Source: Neoconidiobolus thromboides FSU 785
Lineage: Eukaryota > Fungi > Entomophthoromycota
Reading direction: 5' to 3'
Length of the DNA stretch: 64,000 nt
Assembly: GCA_025603075.1 (NCBI GenBank)
Contig: MU626348.1
Location: 19,457 to 83,456 of the forward strand
Below, piece after piece: positions 61,276 through 64,000 of this stretch; the stretch's first letter is position 1; the number at the start of each line of letters is the position of its first letter. Position numbers and translations under genes: made by a program. The notes beneath the pieces are model-generated. The model searched no databases and was not told where the DNA came from. It worked only from the letters and a program-made list of their open reading frames with translations.

Positions 61276-62427
61276 CTATTTTGATTGACAATACTCTTGA
61301 AACAACTCAGCGAAAGATTCCCTCAACTAAGTAAAAAAGTCAATTACAATCCTCATAAAAACTAGAAACTTTTTTTACCTGTTCTGATACCACTTTTGAA
61401 TTCGTCAAATAAGCCAATAATAAAGTATTTGGTAACCAAGTACCTTGAATATTACCTTTATGGTTATTATCAACAATAACATCAATACCTTCTGAATTCT
61501 TTACAAATAAATAAGAAGCATTCATAGGTATCACTCCCTTAGGGAAATAATGGGAGAATTCATTTAATTGATCCAAATAAACCTAAAATAATAAGACATT
61601 AAATAACAATAGACAACATAAATAGTACCTGTTTTTCTTTTTCTTCTATTGGACCGCTCGTTTGTTTCTCTAAATGGTATTTTAAATTCCTAGTCAATCC
61701 ACCTTTTAAATGTGGGCCATTCGTTGCTCTTACAGGAACTTAAATAGAGTTAATCTGTACAAATTAATAATAAACAATCTTCTTACTTATATTCACTGCA
61801 AATAATGCTTTTGAATCAATCAATTGCTTAATAAATTGATTGCAATATTCTTTATCCAAGAGAAATTTTTCTTTATCAAAATCCTAAATATTAATTATTA
61901 GCATTCTATATTCCATATATATAACACAAAACTTACTTTAAACTCTTTATTCTTCTTTAAAAACTCTTTTAACCCTCTCTCTTCAATATAAACGGCCACT
62001 GAATAAGCTTGAAACTTTAAAATAGTAACAGTTCTCACACCCATACCCATTAATTGATATTTTTTATTTAATACATATAATTCGCTATCATAATTGATGC
62101 CAGAAGCTTTTTCAGCTAAATAAATATGCATTAGCTCAAGGGAATTAGTTAGAATTTATCGATTATGAACTACTTTTAAAATCCTTGGCTACGCCTTCAT
62201 TTTTTATCATTTGAGTTTTAAACAAACTATAACCTAAACCAATACCAGCGCCGATAATAAAACTTTTTTTGAGGATCGAATTGCTGTTGTTATTACCCTA
62301 GAAAATAATATAAATTTATCTAAAATTTTTCATTCTTCGTCTCGCGCTTCACTTCACTTACCTTACTACTATAGTATTTCCTACTCAAAGGCTTAATTTG
62401 TTTTATTGTATTGAGTAATAAACGCAT
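61276..62427 (-). CDS. AIM18: Chalcone-isomerase-fold mitochondrial protein (Aim18/Aim46-like), multi-exon
   Basis: Basic presequence-like MRLLLNTIKQIKPLSRKYY, TM-like IIGAGIGLGYSL, LMGMGVRTVTILKFQAYSVAVY, C-terminal WLPNTLLLAYL..VSEQVK..LRESFAE. Confidence 0.75.
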
Positions 62428-62585
62428 TTCAATTTAGAAAACGGAGTTGATGAAGCTGATTTACTTTTAATTTGAAAAATAGAAATGTTGAGTTTCCAAT
62501 TTTGTCAAAATTTATTGATGACAATGCATTAAATTGCTTTGTCAAAAAAAGTATTAAAATAAGATACTCACAAAGAGACACAAAT

Positions 62586-62658
62586 GGGGTAGTAGCTCAA
62601 TCGGTAGAGTACTCGCTTTGCATGCGAGGGGCACGGGGATCGAAACCCTGCTACTCCA
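62586..62658 (+). tRNA. tRNA-Ala(TGC)
   Basis: 73 nt; GGGGTAG/CTACTCC acceptor with G3:U70, anticodon arm CTCGC-TTTGCAT-GCGAG, T-loop GATCGAAA. Confidence 0.95.
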
Positions 62659-63280
62659 TATAATCACCATCCTTATGGTTTTTTTTGCCAAATCTTATCC
62701 GAGTTGGCTACAAATTATGATAGTTTTTTTTAAGTTAAATTACAATACTAATTAAATTTGTTTTTTAAAACATTTATGGGTATAAATAAATTAAAATATG
62801 ATAATATCTATTCATTTATACCTCAATATGTCACTTTTTATTTACAGATTGTAAGATTTTAAAGAAACAGGCTTATAGCAGTCCTCTTTAATTTAAATCC
62901 TAACAACCAACTCATAAATCTAAATTGTTCACTTCATTCAGCTTAATTCAAATGAATTTACATTTCCAGAATACTTAACTTTCATCATACCTAGAGTTAA
63001 TATAATATAATATTATATTATATTATGCTAACGTTCAGGATGAATGTGAATAAAAGGCTTTAATATTTTATATTTGTTTCTAATTTAATAATTTAAAAAT
63101 TATAATCAGTGTTTTACCAAATCATCCTTTATGAATGCAGAATCAAAAAAATATTTAGAGGTTTCTTTAGTAAGTTTAAGTGCAATAGCTTTATAATTAT
63201 TTATTATTTAATTCTCTTTTAAAAACTATGGCATAGAAATAAGTAGTTAAATGCTTATTTTTTAAAACATTTAAGCATAT

Positions 63281-63380
63281 GGGGATGTATTTTTGTGTTT
63301 AAGAATTCTATTAACAAATTTTCCGCTTAAATAGCGCTCAAAAAATGGAAAAAATAGTAAAGCCAAGGAAAAACACTCTC
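63281..63380 (+). mobile_element. MITE copy 26
   Basis: TSD ATAT/ATAT; near-consensus; 3' of the AKR gene. Confidence 0.95.
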
Positions 63381-63426
63381 ATATTTTAAATCTTGACTCT
63401 TGTTTATAAAAATAAACCTCATTTAT

Positions 63427-64000
63427 TTAAATATCACAACCCTTTAAAGAATCCTCACCATAACGTTCTCCTTTAACTTGAATCTTTTGAACCAACTCTC
63501 GAATCTGTTTATTCTCTTCTTCACTCAACTTAATTTTATGTGATTCGACATTTTCCTCAAGATATTTGACTCTTTTAGTACCTGGAATAGGAATAATATC
63601 GTCTCCTTGAGCTAATACCCAAGCTAAGCATAATTGAGAAGCTTTAATACCTTTGTTATTAGCAATCTCTTCTAATTTACTAACGATTTGGTAATTGTGT
63701 TTAGTATTCTCTTTTTTCAATCTAGGAATAGAAGGTCGAAAGTCCTCTTTCTCCAATTTTTCAACATTCAATTTTCCAGTTAAAAACCCACGGCCTAATG
63801 GGGAGTAAGCTACAACGGCTACTCCTAATTCTCGACAAGCTTGTAATAGACCATTCTTTTCAATAAAAGTTTCCCATGGACTTTATAAAAAGAAAAATAT
63901 ATTAGATTTTTATTTTTGGTTAACAATTAAATAATTTACCTATATTCTACTTGTACAGCAGATATTGGATGTACTTTATGTGCTCTTCTAAGGGTCTCTG
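63427..64000 (-). CDS. Aldo-keto reductase (YakC/AKR13-like), 3' part; 5' end lies beyond the window
   Basis: PISAVQVEY/SPW, VAYSPLGRGFLTG, QLCLAWVLAQGDDIIPIPGTKRVKYLEEN; one intron near 63883-63940. Confidence 0.9.

Noticed and set aside
62586-62658. A54 instead of T54 in the tRNA-Ala T-loop as a sign of a pseudo-tRNA
   Set aside because: A54 is a known feature of many eukaryotic tRNA-Ala; all stems pair and G3:U70 is present.
1-63380. Recurrent ~100-bp repeat as a CRISPR array or SINE
   Set aside because: Copies are dispersed in both orientations, with TIRs and 4-bp TSDs, no regular spacers, no cas genes, no pol III A/B boxes and no poly-A tail.

Overview
Very AT-rich eukaryotic (fungal) genomic DNA with short GT-AG introns. 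The gene content and composition suggest an early-diverging fungus, possibly Conidiobolus-like Entomophthoromycotina, but this is inference only. Conserved intron-containing genes: TOP1, SRP receptor beta, septin CDC3, POM33/TMEM33, a WKF-domain protein, an AIM18-like CHI-fold protein and a truncated aldo-keto reductase, plus tRNA-Tyr(GTA) and tRNA-Ala(TGC). Mostly intronless lineage-specific genes: class 3 lipase, three secreted proteins with Tyr/Asp-rich tails, two cytochrome b561 paralogs (one lacking one His pair), a small two-Cys secreted peptide, a GNAT, twin secreted proteins, a His1 LPMO-like protein, two kelch-type single-pass receptors plus a pseudogene copy, fungal TF MHR-like proteins without a Zn cluster, a subtilase with two catalytic residues substituted and a nonsense codon, a 7TM GPCR-like pseudogene and an LEA-like membrane protein. 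About 26 copies of one ~97-bp MITE (GGG...CCC termini, 4-bp AT-rich TSDs, Sola-like) are scattered through non-coding DNA; three of them interrupt the kelch pseudogene. All calls come from reading the sequence by eye; no database searches were run.
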